A DNA stretch of 64,000 nt from IMG/VR virus record IMGVR_UViG_3300028666_000022, positions 124,001-188,000 of that record; one strand, 5' to 3'. Shown here one piece after another: positions 47,901 through 55,062 of this stretch (position 1 is the stretch's first letter; every line of letters begins with the position of its first letter). The notes beneath the pieces were generated by a model. That model ran no database searches. It saw nothing but the letters and a program-made list of their open reading frames with translations, and was not told the origin of the DNA. The position numbers were made by a program, and so were the translations under genes.

Positions 47901-48704
47901 AACATTTAATAATTTTGCTCGACCTAATATGAATTCAAAGTCAAAATCTTCTGAATTATACCCTGAAATGATTGCTGGTCTAATATAATTAATTAATTTA
48001 AAAAAATTCTGAATTAATTTACCCTCTGATTCATCATCATTTGATTTTTCTACTTCAAGTATTGTCTCAAAACCTCTATTATCTCTAACTCCAATTGCAA
48101 AAACTCTTGACATTTGATACCTCAAACCAGTTGTTTCAATATCAAACGTTAATTTATGTATGTTTTTATATTCTTCAAATCCCTTAAATAATCTCGATTG
48201 TGTTGAAATAAAAAATTGCTCAGTTGTCCTTGGAGAATAAAACATTTCTCTATATAAGTAAATTGGATCTCCCTTCTTATCTTTTATTTCATTACCAAAA
48301 TCATCCCTTTCTTTTTCGTATGGAAAGATTTTACCATCTTTTAAAAAATTCATTATGGCATTATAGGACTTACTACTAGTCAATTTGAAACAATAACCAT
48401 TTTTCAACCTCTTATGTCCACCAGTTTTTAATGGTGTAATCGTTATACCATATTGAATTAATTTATTTTCGTATATTTCGGGATTTTTTGCATATAATTT
48501 TAAATTAAATAATGATAAATCCTTCATATACATAAAAGGAGTATATTTAATTTTTTCAATTCTCTTTTCTTTATTTGGTTCATGTATAACACAACTAGCC
48601 ATATTTGTATCTGGATCTGTTTCTACATTTACAAGATATTTTAAATCTTCATTATAACCATCAAGGAAAGATTTAATTTCAGATAATGTATTAAGTTTAT
48701 TCAT
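44997..48704 (-). CDS. polB: Family B DNA polymerase with 3'-5' exonuclease
   Basis: ExoI FDIETTG, ExoII YNSEDFD, ExoIII YLLDD; motif A DYASLYP, motif B KILNNSLFG, motif C VTDG. Confidence 0.95.
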   Translation of the reverse strand: MNKLNTLSEIKSFLDGYNEDLKYLVNVETDPDTNMASCVIHEPNKEKRIEKIKYTPFMYMKDLSLFNLKLYAKNPEIYENKLIQYGITITPLKTGGHKRLKNGYCFKLTSSKSYNAIMNFLKDGKIFPYEKERDDFGNEIKDKKGDPIYLYREMFYSPRTTEQFFISTQSRLFKGFEEYKNIHKLTFDIETTGLRYQMSRVFAIGVRDNRGFETILEVEKSNDDESEGKLIQNFFKLINYIRPAIISGYNSEDFDFEFILGRAKLLNVDLSQVPTTLKEGVDLKRRPNVSVKYGNMADKFTATEMWGFSVIDILHAVKKTAAINSDIKENKLKYIAKHEKIAKPNRTYIPGEDGAIGRYYNENKIFVINDKNEYIIVPDDYQEVSKKLYALQTNKTKITEEQYSILRKKYLDENPNFITWFKENALLSKMSKFIGGKRLVKQYLLDDLWETEQVDELYNQSAFMLAKIVPTTFQRVCTMGTAAIWNLLLTAWSYENDLAIPHPDISEQFSGGLARCYKVGYSTRIVKIDYASLYPMLQLTWGIFPMFDITGVIEKMLLYLTTTRNIYKKLAINDKLNQEEIALLKEIDPNIHEKLLNDNITAEDNDHINKQITEIDRLLFKVKQLPIKILNNSLFGALGSNKSFNWSDNVCAARITCSGRLELRHAISWFSKYNCVALLAVTDGINFQIPNKTNIRITDFGQIIETTEDLIENMWHYKDKIGISALIEKYNNEEMKGNFMSVDNDGEYISCLNLSRINYATLSLVKDKKTGEMKEKIKLTGNTIKSKVMPEYVEEFIDKGLNLILHGKGAEFVQYYYDYAEDIFYKRIPLKKIATKNRIKSTLAVYKKRGKDKNGRDKGMQAYMELLLEKRNAIACELFEKHKSELTFSKSEEKLSVEEKTKLVANYMPQEPELDSVVYHVNTGYLKSHGSSSRIKDKNTGLERFASTLISANDLLENPNMIGDYNVVKYLDAFNKRVEPILLGFDEEIQKNMLSKIVKKKTKDEFGNKRVVEELTRNMYSNDQLELKNFDSDTIEESMHLEEKEVDFWNKTGYDPRLVWNGFKMHEESKVYFEIYEGALKYLNDLMSKSNKPRIKSINEKYCTNDLVLIKDGSQYNLGRYNGVFMEIIRENIDVPKSEIELELDRKRAEQEEKIKNLEITLAVETEKDKELKSMVEKRDKYFEQFKIDFKLPSDVTMERLFMEVDTASAAFDEYVKNYDAQIETEQEEVDEDSM

Positions 48705-48750
48705 GTTTATATTTTTAAGTTAAAAAATTTTGTTAATATTAAATCGATAC

Positions 48751-49476
48751 TTATTTTAAATTTTCATTTTTCATGTAAGGAAGTCCAAGTAATTCTGTTG
48801 TAGAAATAAAATTATTAAACCATTTTGAGAACATAAAAGGTAGTATCCTATGATCATTAAACCCATACAAACCACAACTAAAGAAATCATGAACTTCAAT
48901 AATTACAGTACAATTAGTATTTGTTATTGCAACGTCTAATGTAAATGCAATTGGTTGTGATTCATACATGTTAATCATTGATTTTATTATATTCACGTTA
49001 GGAAAAATATCGAATTCACCTGAATAGTTCTGTAAACCAACTAATTTACCTTCATAAACAAAACATCTCCATTCGCTTTGAATATCAATTAAATCAGATA
49101 TTTGATAATTTCCTTCTGGTGCTGATTTACATATTTTAGTAAATGATTTTATTCTATCATTCGATTTTACAAACTTTTCTCCAACAATATCTTTTTCTGT
49201 CCCATTAATTACATTTCTTCCAGTCCATTTAAAATCCATTAATTCTAATGGTACATTCTTAGGTTTTGGAATTAAATCATAATGATCATTCAAATATTTA
49301 CTAACAAATTCAACACTTCCAATTGGAATACAATTAGGGATAGTTGCTTCATTCGTAAATAAAACTTCAAATGACTTATCATTCCTCAACCAATTTTGAT
49401 ATTCAATGCTTTCAAGCAAAGCAAAACTAAAATCATGTTTTACTTTACCATTTATTGTTTGAATCAAAAATTTCAT
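48751..49476 (-). CDS. ATP-grasp protein, R2K/DUF4343-like (start revised to MKFLIQ)
   Basis: PIGSVEFV; FVKS; SEWRCFV; TLDV...IIEV.DFFSCGLYG. Confidence 0.75.
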   Translation of the reverse strand: MKFLIQTINGKVKHDFSFALLESIEYQNWLRNDKSFEVLFTNEATIPNCIPIGSVEFVSKYLNDHYDLIPKPKNVPLELMDFKWTGRNVINGTEKDIVGEKFVKSNDRIKSFTKICKSAPEGNYQISDLIDIQSEWRCFVYEGKLVGLQNYSGEFDIFPNVNIIKSMINMYESQPIAFTLDVAITNTNCTVIIEVHDFFSCGLYGFNDHRILPFMFSKWFNNFISTTELLGLPYMKNENLK

Positions 49477-49484
49477 AAAGGTAA

Positions 49485-49886
49485 TTAAAATATAATTATT
49501 AATGTGATTAAAATAAATAATAATACTAATATTACTATTGTTTGTATAAACAAATAAAATATAAACCAATTAAGATAATATCTTGGCTTATTTAAAGAAA
49601 TAAAATTAAATAATCTTTTCCACCAACTATTTGAATCATCTGAATGTGAATACACTTCTTTTCGATCAGTAGTTAAATAACTTGGAGTCAATGGTTTATT
49701 AAAACACATTAAATTTAACCATATTCTACCTAAAAATAAAACTCTTAATCTTTCTTTAAACGATAATCTCCAACAAGAAATAACTTCACCATTAGGACTA
49801 TCTAATTTTAATGCTGGTAATGGCTGATATTCTGGTTGATCTTTTGCAAAAACAACATTCTGATGTTTAAATTCAACTGGTTTCAT
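49485..49886 (-). CDS. Conserved-type phage hypothetical protein
   Basis: FAKDQPEYQPLPA...SCWRLS..ER...LF.GRIWL. Confidence 0.7.
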   Translation of the reverse strand: MKPVEFKHQNVVFAKDQPEYQPLPALKLDSPNGEVISCWRLSFKERLRVLFLGRIWLNLMCFNKPLTPSYLTTDRKEVYSHSDDSNSWWKRLFNFISLNKPRYYLNWFIFYLFIQTIVILVLLFILITLIIIF

Positions 49887-49896
49887 AAATAATTAT

Positions 49897-50253
49897 TTAA
49901 ATAAATTTATATTTTAAAGTCTTTGTTTTTTCGTTAAAAGTATACACAATATCACCAACTACACATTCATTATTTTTTAAAATAAGCATGGGATTCTCTA
50001 TTGCGATGCCTAAAAACCAAAGACATGTTAAAATATTATTTCCAACTATTTTATAACTATCTTTAGTTTTTTTTATTTCATAATCCAAATATATTAAATC
50101 TCCCTTATTTTTCATGTATGATTCTAATAAAAGAATCAAAACACCATTTAATTCTTTCTTAAACTCTTCTGTTGAAATATCAGTCTCATACATTAATGAA
50201 TTTATCAATACATCTTGTATTGGATTTTCATCCCATTCGTAACTATATGCCAT
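49897..50253 (-). CDS. Hypothetical protein
   Basis: ORF track. Confidence 0.7.
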   Translation of the reverse strand: MAYSYEWDENPIQDVLINSLMYETDISTEEFKKELNGVLILLLESYMKNKGDLIYLDYEIKKTKDSYKIVGNNILTCLWFLGIAIENPMLILKNNECVVGDIVYTFNEKTKTLKYKFI

Positions 50254-50254
50254 T

Positions 50255-51268
50255 TTATTTAGTATTAGTTAAAATATATTCGTTTATTTCATTACATAAT
50301 AATTCAATATTTTTATCTACATCTTTTAAAAATTCTCTCTCATTAATATAAATCATTTTACATCCAAAGTTTTCAACTAAAAATTTTTGTTTTTTTAAAT
50401 CTTTTTCAATATTCTTTTTACTATAATGTCTAGGTTCATTCCATTCAATACATATATTATATTTTTCTATATATCCATCTATCCAATATCTTACAAATTT
50501 CTTTTCTCCACCATTTAAACCATGTTGAATTTGTAAATTTAATTTTTCTGAAAGCATATCTAAATAAATTATTGAATTAACATTATATGATGGGACATAT
50601 TTCACATAAATTTCACCATATTTTTTAATCGTTGTTTGTTGTGCTTTTTCTCTAATCTCTTTATTTTGCATAGGATTTTCAGTTCCATATTTTTCTAAAT
50701 TTGTTTGTTTAACCTTTTCTTTACATTCATCAGTTTGACTATAGTTTTCAGTTCCATATTTATTTATGGAATTTATTTTTATGTTTTCTTTAAACTCATT
50801 AGTTTTTGAATAATGATCAACACCATATTTTTCCAAATTTTTATTTTTTGTTTTTTCTCTAATTTCCTTATTTGAAATATGATATTCACAACCATACTTA
50901 TTTAAATCTGTTTGTTTTGTCTTTTCTCTAATTTCTTTATTTTGCATAGGATATTCATTACCATATTTATTTAAATTTGTTTTTTTATATTTATTTACAG
51001 AACATTTATCTGAACAACCATAAAATAATTTACCATTTTTTGTATTTTTATTATAAACTTTATATGTTAAAAATTTTTCCTTACTACAAATATCACATTT
51101 AACATGTACTAATACATGACTTCCCATTTTTAGATCAGTAACTTTAACTAAAAAAATATCATACATTTTTGTAAAAACATATCCTTTATCAATAAAATAT
51201 TTTTTATTACCTGAAACCCATTTCATTTCTACAAATTCATCTGAAATCACACTAATTAAATTAAACAC
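50255..51268 (-). CDS. Homing-type endonuclease: Zn ribbon, KYG repeats, PD-(D/E)XK domain
   Basis: KCDIC...GCSDKC; KYG repeats; YWIDGY...ICIEWNE..H. Confidence 0.75.
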   Translation of the reverse strand: MFNLISVISDEFVEMKWVSGNKKYFIDKGYVFTKMYDIFLVKVTDLKMGSHVLVHVKCDICSKEKFLTYKVYNKNTKNGKLFYGCSDKCSVNKYKKTNLNKYGNEYPMQNKEIREKTKQTDLNKYGCEYHISNKEIREKTKNKNLEKYGVDHYSKTNEFKENIKINSINKYGTENYSQTDECKEKVKQTNLEKYGTENPMQNKEIREKAQQTTIKKYGEIYVKYVPSYNVNSIIYLDMLSEKLNLQIQHGLNGGEKKFVRYWIDGYIEKYNICIEWNEPRHYSKKNIEKDLKKQKFLVENFGCKMIYINEREFLKDVDKNIELLCNEINEYILTNTK

Positions 51269-51274
51269 ATAATA

Positions 51275-51439
51275 TTATTTTTTTATTTCTAATTTATCTT
51301 CCATATCTTTTTCCATAAAAAATCTTAATCTTTTAGATAAATTATGTCCATTATCATCACAAAATTTTTTGTAATTTTTTAATAATACAACAGACATTTT
51401 AATTGTAAGACTTTCAATAAATATTTTTTCTTTTTTCAT
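51275..51439 (-). CDS. Ribbon-helix-helix protein, 54 aa (absent from track)
   Basis: MKKEKIFIESLTIKMSVVLLKNYKKFCDDNGHNLSKRLRFFMEKDMEDKLEIKK; GTATTTAT at 51460-51467 upstream. Confidence 0.7.
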   Translation of the reverse strand: MKKEKIFIESLTIKMSVVLLKNYKKFCDDNGHNLSKRLRFFMEKDMEDKLEIKK

Positions 51440-51468
51440 ATTATTATTTATTATTATAGATAAATACT

Positions 51469-53271
51469 TTAATTTTTAGTTTTCTTATGTTTTTGCATTA
51501 TTATTTTAATTAAATCATTAATAATACTTTCATTAATATTTGATTCATATTTCTCACCATCAATTACTTGTGAGATTTCTTGACGTTTTTGCTCACATAA
51601 ATTTATTACATATTCATCAATAGTATTTTTAAAAATAAAAAGATATGCATTAACAGCATTTTTTTGCCCAATTCTCAACAACCTGTCAATTATTTGATCC
51701 AATATTGTCGGAGTCCAAGGTATTGTTAATATACCAATCTTTGATGCTTCAGTAAGTGTTAGACCTTCTTTTGTAACTTGTTCAGATCCTAAAAAAATTT
51801 TTATTTTTCCGTTTTCATCTTGAAAATCTTTAACTATTTCAGCTCTTTCAACATCACTAACGTCACCAGTGTGTAATGCTGATACTTGTGGATATTGTTT
51901 ATTTAATTCAATTAAACTTTTTTTATAAAAATCAACAGCAACAAATTTTTCTCCACACTCTAAAATTGAATCAATTAATTCTTTAACATTATTTACTTTT
52001 AAATGTGATGTATATTCTCTTAATTTTCCCATTATAGATAATGGGTTATTTATGTTTTTATTGAAAAATTCATTAGCAATACCTTCCTCAATTTTTTCAT
52101 AAACATCATACTCAGATGGTGACATTTCAAGTATAATTTTTTGATATGTTTTTTCTGGAAGATCTTTTAATATTTCATTTTTTTTCTTACGATATATGAA
52201 TGGAGATATTTTATGAAATAATTCATCAAATTTAGTCAAAGTAAAATCAGTTTCCCAACCATAACCATCTAAATTGTACTTAAGTCCACAGTAATATTCA
52301 TAAAAAAATTTCTTTGTTGGAAAATCTAACGGTGAAATTTGATTTAAAACAGTGTATAATTCCGCCGATTTCGAGGGACATGGTGTTCCAGACATAAACA
52401 CCTTACATACTTTTTCATTTCTAAATATATTTTTTTTAAAGATTTTTTTGAAGTTAGAAAAAGTGTGACTTTTATTATTTTTCAAGCGGTGGGACTCATC
52501 GCAGATTAAACAATCAATTTTTCCAATATCTAATTTATTAAATTTAAATAAAACTTTATTATGGTCAGACGAGTTAAAATATTCATAATTAACAATAATA
52601 TATCTACATTCCGATAGTGAATATTTATTTTTTTTACCAATAATATAAGCTTTTGAATATGAGAACTTTAGAATTTCATTATAAAAATTATATTTTAATG
52701 AATTAGGAACAATAACAAAAACCTTTTCAAATTTATTCATTTCAGCTAATGCAATAGAAATGAGACTTTTACCAACGCCCATGTCAAGTGCAAGTAAAGC
52801 ATTTTTTACTTCATTAAGAAACATCGTACTTATAATTTGGTGAGGGTAAAGTATAACCTCCGGTTTTAAATTTGCATGTACTCTTTTACTATATTGCTCA
52901 TAATTTTTTTCTAGTTCTTCTTTATATTTAACCCATTTTTCTTTATTCTGATTAAGAATGACAATAGCATTTCGTTTTTCTTCTTCAGAAGCTTCAATTT
53001 TTTTAATTTGGGAAACGAATATTTTACGACTATCGTCACTACCAAAGTCAAAATAAATTCTATTTGATCCTTTAAAAGATTTAATTAACGTAAGTAATGA
53101 AGAAGTATTTAATTCCCAAGCAAGAACTACATTATTCCATTTCCTAGTTTCTTCAGGTAAATTTTTTATTTTTTCAACCAACCCAACATTATATGGAAAT
53201 CTCACATAATAAGCTTGTCTTTTTGAAATTCTTTCACAATGGACAACAAATAATGATGATAAATTTTGCAT
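51469..53271 (-). CDS. SNF2-family (SF2) helicase/ATPase with a HARP-like N-terminus
   Basis: LDMGVGKS, DESH, SGTP, GLTLT.A, Q..DR..RIGQ. Confidence 0.9.
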   Translation of the reverse strand: MQNLSSLFVVHCERISKRQAYYVRFPYNVGLVEKIKNLPEETRKWNNVVLAWELNTSSLLTLIKSFKGSNRIYFDFGSDDSRKIFVSQIKKIEASEEEKRNAIVILNQNKEKWVKYKEELEKNYEQYSKRVHANLKPEVILYPHQIISTMFLNEVKNALLALDMGVGKSLISIALAEMNKFEKVFVIVPNSLKYNFYNEILKFSYSKAYIIGKKNKYSLSECRYIIVNYEYFNSSDHNKVLFKFNKLDIGKIDCLICDESHRLKNNKSHTFSNFKKIFKKNIFRNEKVCKVFMSGTPCPSKSAELYTVLNQISPLDFPTKKFFYEYYCGLKYNLDGYGWETDFTLTKFDELFHKISPFIYRKKKNEILKDLPEKTYQKIILEMSPSEYDVYEKIEEGIANEFFNKNINNPLSIMGKLREYTSHLKVNNVKELIDSILECGEKFVAVDFYKKSLIELNKQYPQVSALHTGDVSDVERAEIVKDFQDENGKIKIFLGSEQVTKEGLTLTEASKIGILTIPWTPTILDQIIDRLLRIGQKNAVNAYLFIFKNTIDEYVINLCEQKRQEISQVIDGEKYESNINESIINDLIKIIMQKHKKTKN

Positions 53272-53299
53272 TAAAATTATTTTAATCTCATTTATATTG

Positions 53300-53330
53300 C
53301 AAATATATTTTATATAAATGAGATTAGCAA
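53300..53330 (-). promoter_or_regulatory. Bacteroidota-type promoter (TTG-N20-TATATTTG) overlapping a 15-bp inverted repeat
   Basis: CAAATATA at 53300-53307, CAA at 53328-53330; IR arms 53283-53297 and 53312-53326. Confidence 0.7.
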
Positions 53331-53358
53331 TAAAAAATAAAAATAGTGGAAAAGTTTT

Positions 53359-53754
53359 TTAAATCACGCTTGTTTTTGTAATACTATCAGAAATAATTAT
53401 ATTGATAGTATCGTCAATTGGAAGAGTTAATTTAAGGTTACAAGAATCATTATTTAAAAAATCAATTTTAAATTCACCTTGAAATCTACCTGTTTTACGA
53501 GTTTGATGTAATTTAAATTTATAGACAAGAGTATATGAAAATTCGATTAGGTTTTGTGGTCTTAATTTTTCTATTTTTAATTCTGCTGGTACATTTGCAA
53601 TTCTAAATAAACCACTATCTGCATCAATCATTGAGAACGTAACTGCAACATCATCAAACATATTAGCAGTGATATTATATTGTTCTAATATTTTCTGAAT
53701 AAGAGGATATTGTAGTTCAGGAAAATTACTATCTTTTTTTATAAAAAAATTCAT
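53359..53754 (-). CDS. BppU N-terminal-like baseplate/fibre adaptor protein
   Basis: FFIKK....P.L...VTFSM...Y.F....T...G.F.GEF.I.F. Confidence 0.55.
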   Translation of the reverse strand: MNFFIKKDSNFPELQYPLIQKILEQYNITANMFDDVAVTFSMIDADSGLFRIANVPAELKIEKLRPQNLIEFSYTLVYKFKLHQTRKTGRFQGEFKIDFLNNDSCNLKLTLPIDDTINIIISDSITKTSVI

Positions 53755-53768
53755 TTAAACTAGTTTAA

Positions 53769-53777
53769 TATAAATAC
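53769..53777 (-). promoter_or_regulatory. Putative late promoter GTATTTATA
   Basis: 14 nt upstream of the ATG at 53754. Confidence 0.6.
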
Positions 53778-53881
53778 TAAAAAAATATTATGAAAATAAT
53801 CATACCTTCAATAATTACATATAGTATAATTAATATTATAAACAATGTTTTAATTTTTATTTTTTCGAATAACATTAGATT

Positions 53882-54100
53882 TTATTTATAAGTATATACA
53901 AACCTATTATCAAAAACAAAAGTAAATGATTGATCACCATTAGGAAAACCAACTTTCCAAATTGTACCAACTTTTAATATTTGTTTAATTTTTCATACTG
54001 CTGCACTTGGATCTTTAAAACTAATTGTTGTACCAACATATATTTCACTATCTGAAACTTCATCCGCCATAATAAGTGGTTCATTATTACTATCTCCCAT
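53882..54100 (-). pseudogene. 72-codon gene interrupted by one in-frame TGA at a likely Trp position (pseudogene or readthrough)
   Basis: MGDSNNEPLIMADEVSDSEIYVGTTISFKDPSAAV*KIKQILKVGTIWKVGFPNGDQSFTFVFDNRFVYTYK; TGA at 53993-53995; TATTTATA at 54114-54121. Confidence 0.6.
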
Positions 54101-54132
54101 AACTAAATCTTTTTATAAATATTATTATTTTA

Positions 54133-55023
54133 TTATAATTCAGTAGAACAAAAAACACCAGTATTTGTAATAGTCATTCTCCATCTACAACCATTTGGTG
54201 ATTTTAATATTACACCACTACCCAAATTATTAATTTCAACATCACTACACCAAGAAATTAATTTTGGAACTATAATAGTATCCGTATAAGTATTTCCTGT
54301 TACAACTATGTTATTTCCTCCAATAATCCCCGAATTTGTATTACCAGAATAAAGAACATTATTATTTCCACCAATAACCAGAGCATTGTTTGATGATACA
54401 ACATTACCATAACCAAGAGCAAATGAAAAATCAGATTCTGCTTCACCATTATTTGCAGCCATTGAATATTGGCCTAATGCAATACCACCTGTCATTGCAA
54501 CTGAACAATTACCTCCTGCATATCCAGCACTCATTGCAACAGAATAATCACCATTAGTAACACCACCAGCCATTGCTACTGAATTATTACCACAAGAATA
54601 AGAATTATAACCAATTGCAACTGAATTATTACCGCAAGCTTGACCACATGATGTTGCAACTGAATAACAACCAAACGTACAACCTCCAGCCATTCCAACT
54701 GAATTACATGAACAAGCAAAACCAGTTGCCATTCCAACTGAATTATCACATATTGCTTGACCAGAAGCCATCGCTACTGAATAATTACCATTAACATTAC
54801 CTCCAGCCATTGCAACTGAATTACAACCAGCAGCAGTACTACCAATATTAAATTTTAAATTATCATTATTTGAGTAATATACTAAACCCGTATTACCTGT
54901 TAATGTACCATTATTATTAAATATAATTTCAGTATCAGTAGATTTAATATTTGTTTTACCTGTTATTACAACAGATTCAATACCGTCATTATCTTTTAAA
55001 GATATATTTTGAATTATTATCAT
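54133..55023 (-). CDS. Fibre/adhesin protein with YadA-head-like repeats
   Basis: NSVAM.GG...G repeats; C-terminal GVILKSPNGCRW. Confidence 0.75.
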   Translation of the reverse strand: MIIIQNISLKDNDGIESVVITGKTNIKSTDTEIIFNNNGTLTGNTGLVYYSNNDNLKFNIGSTAAGCNSVAMAGGNVNGNYSVAMASGQAICDNSVGMATGFACSCNSVGMAGGCTFGCYSVATSCGQACGNNSVAIGYNSYSCGNNSVAMAGGVTNGDYSVAMSAGYAGGNCSVAMTGGIALGQYSMAANNGEAESDFSFALGYGNVVSSNNALVIGGNNNVLYSGNTNSGIIGGNNIVVTGNTYTDTIIVPKLISWCSDVEINNLGSGVILKSPNGCRWRMTITNTGVFCSTEL

Positions 55024-55062
55024 TTGTTTAATTTTAATTATATTGTTTTCTTGTGAATAATA

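Noticed and set aside
44997-53271. Inteins or introns in the polymerase or helicase
   Set aside because: No intein termini or LAGLIDADG motifs seen; all catalytic motifs lie in continuous frames.
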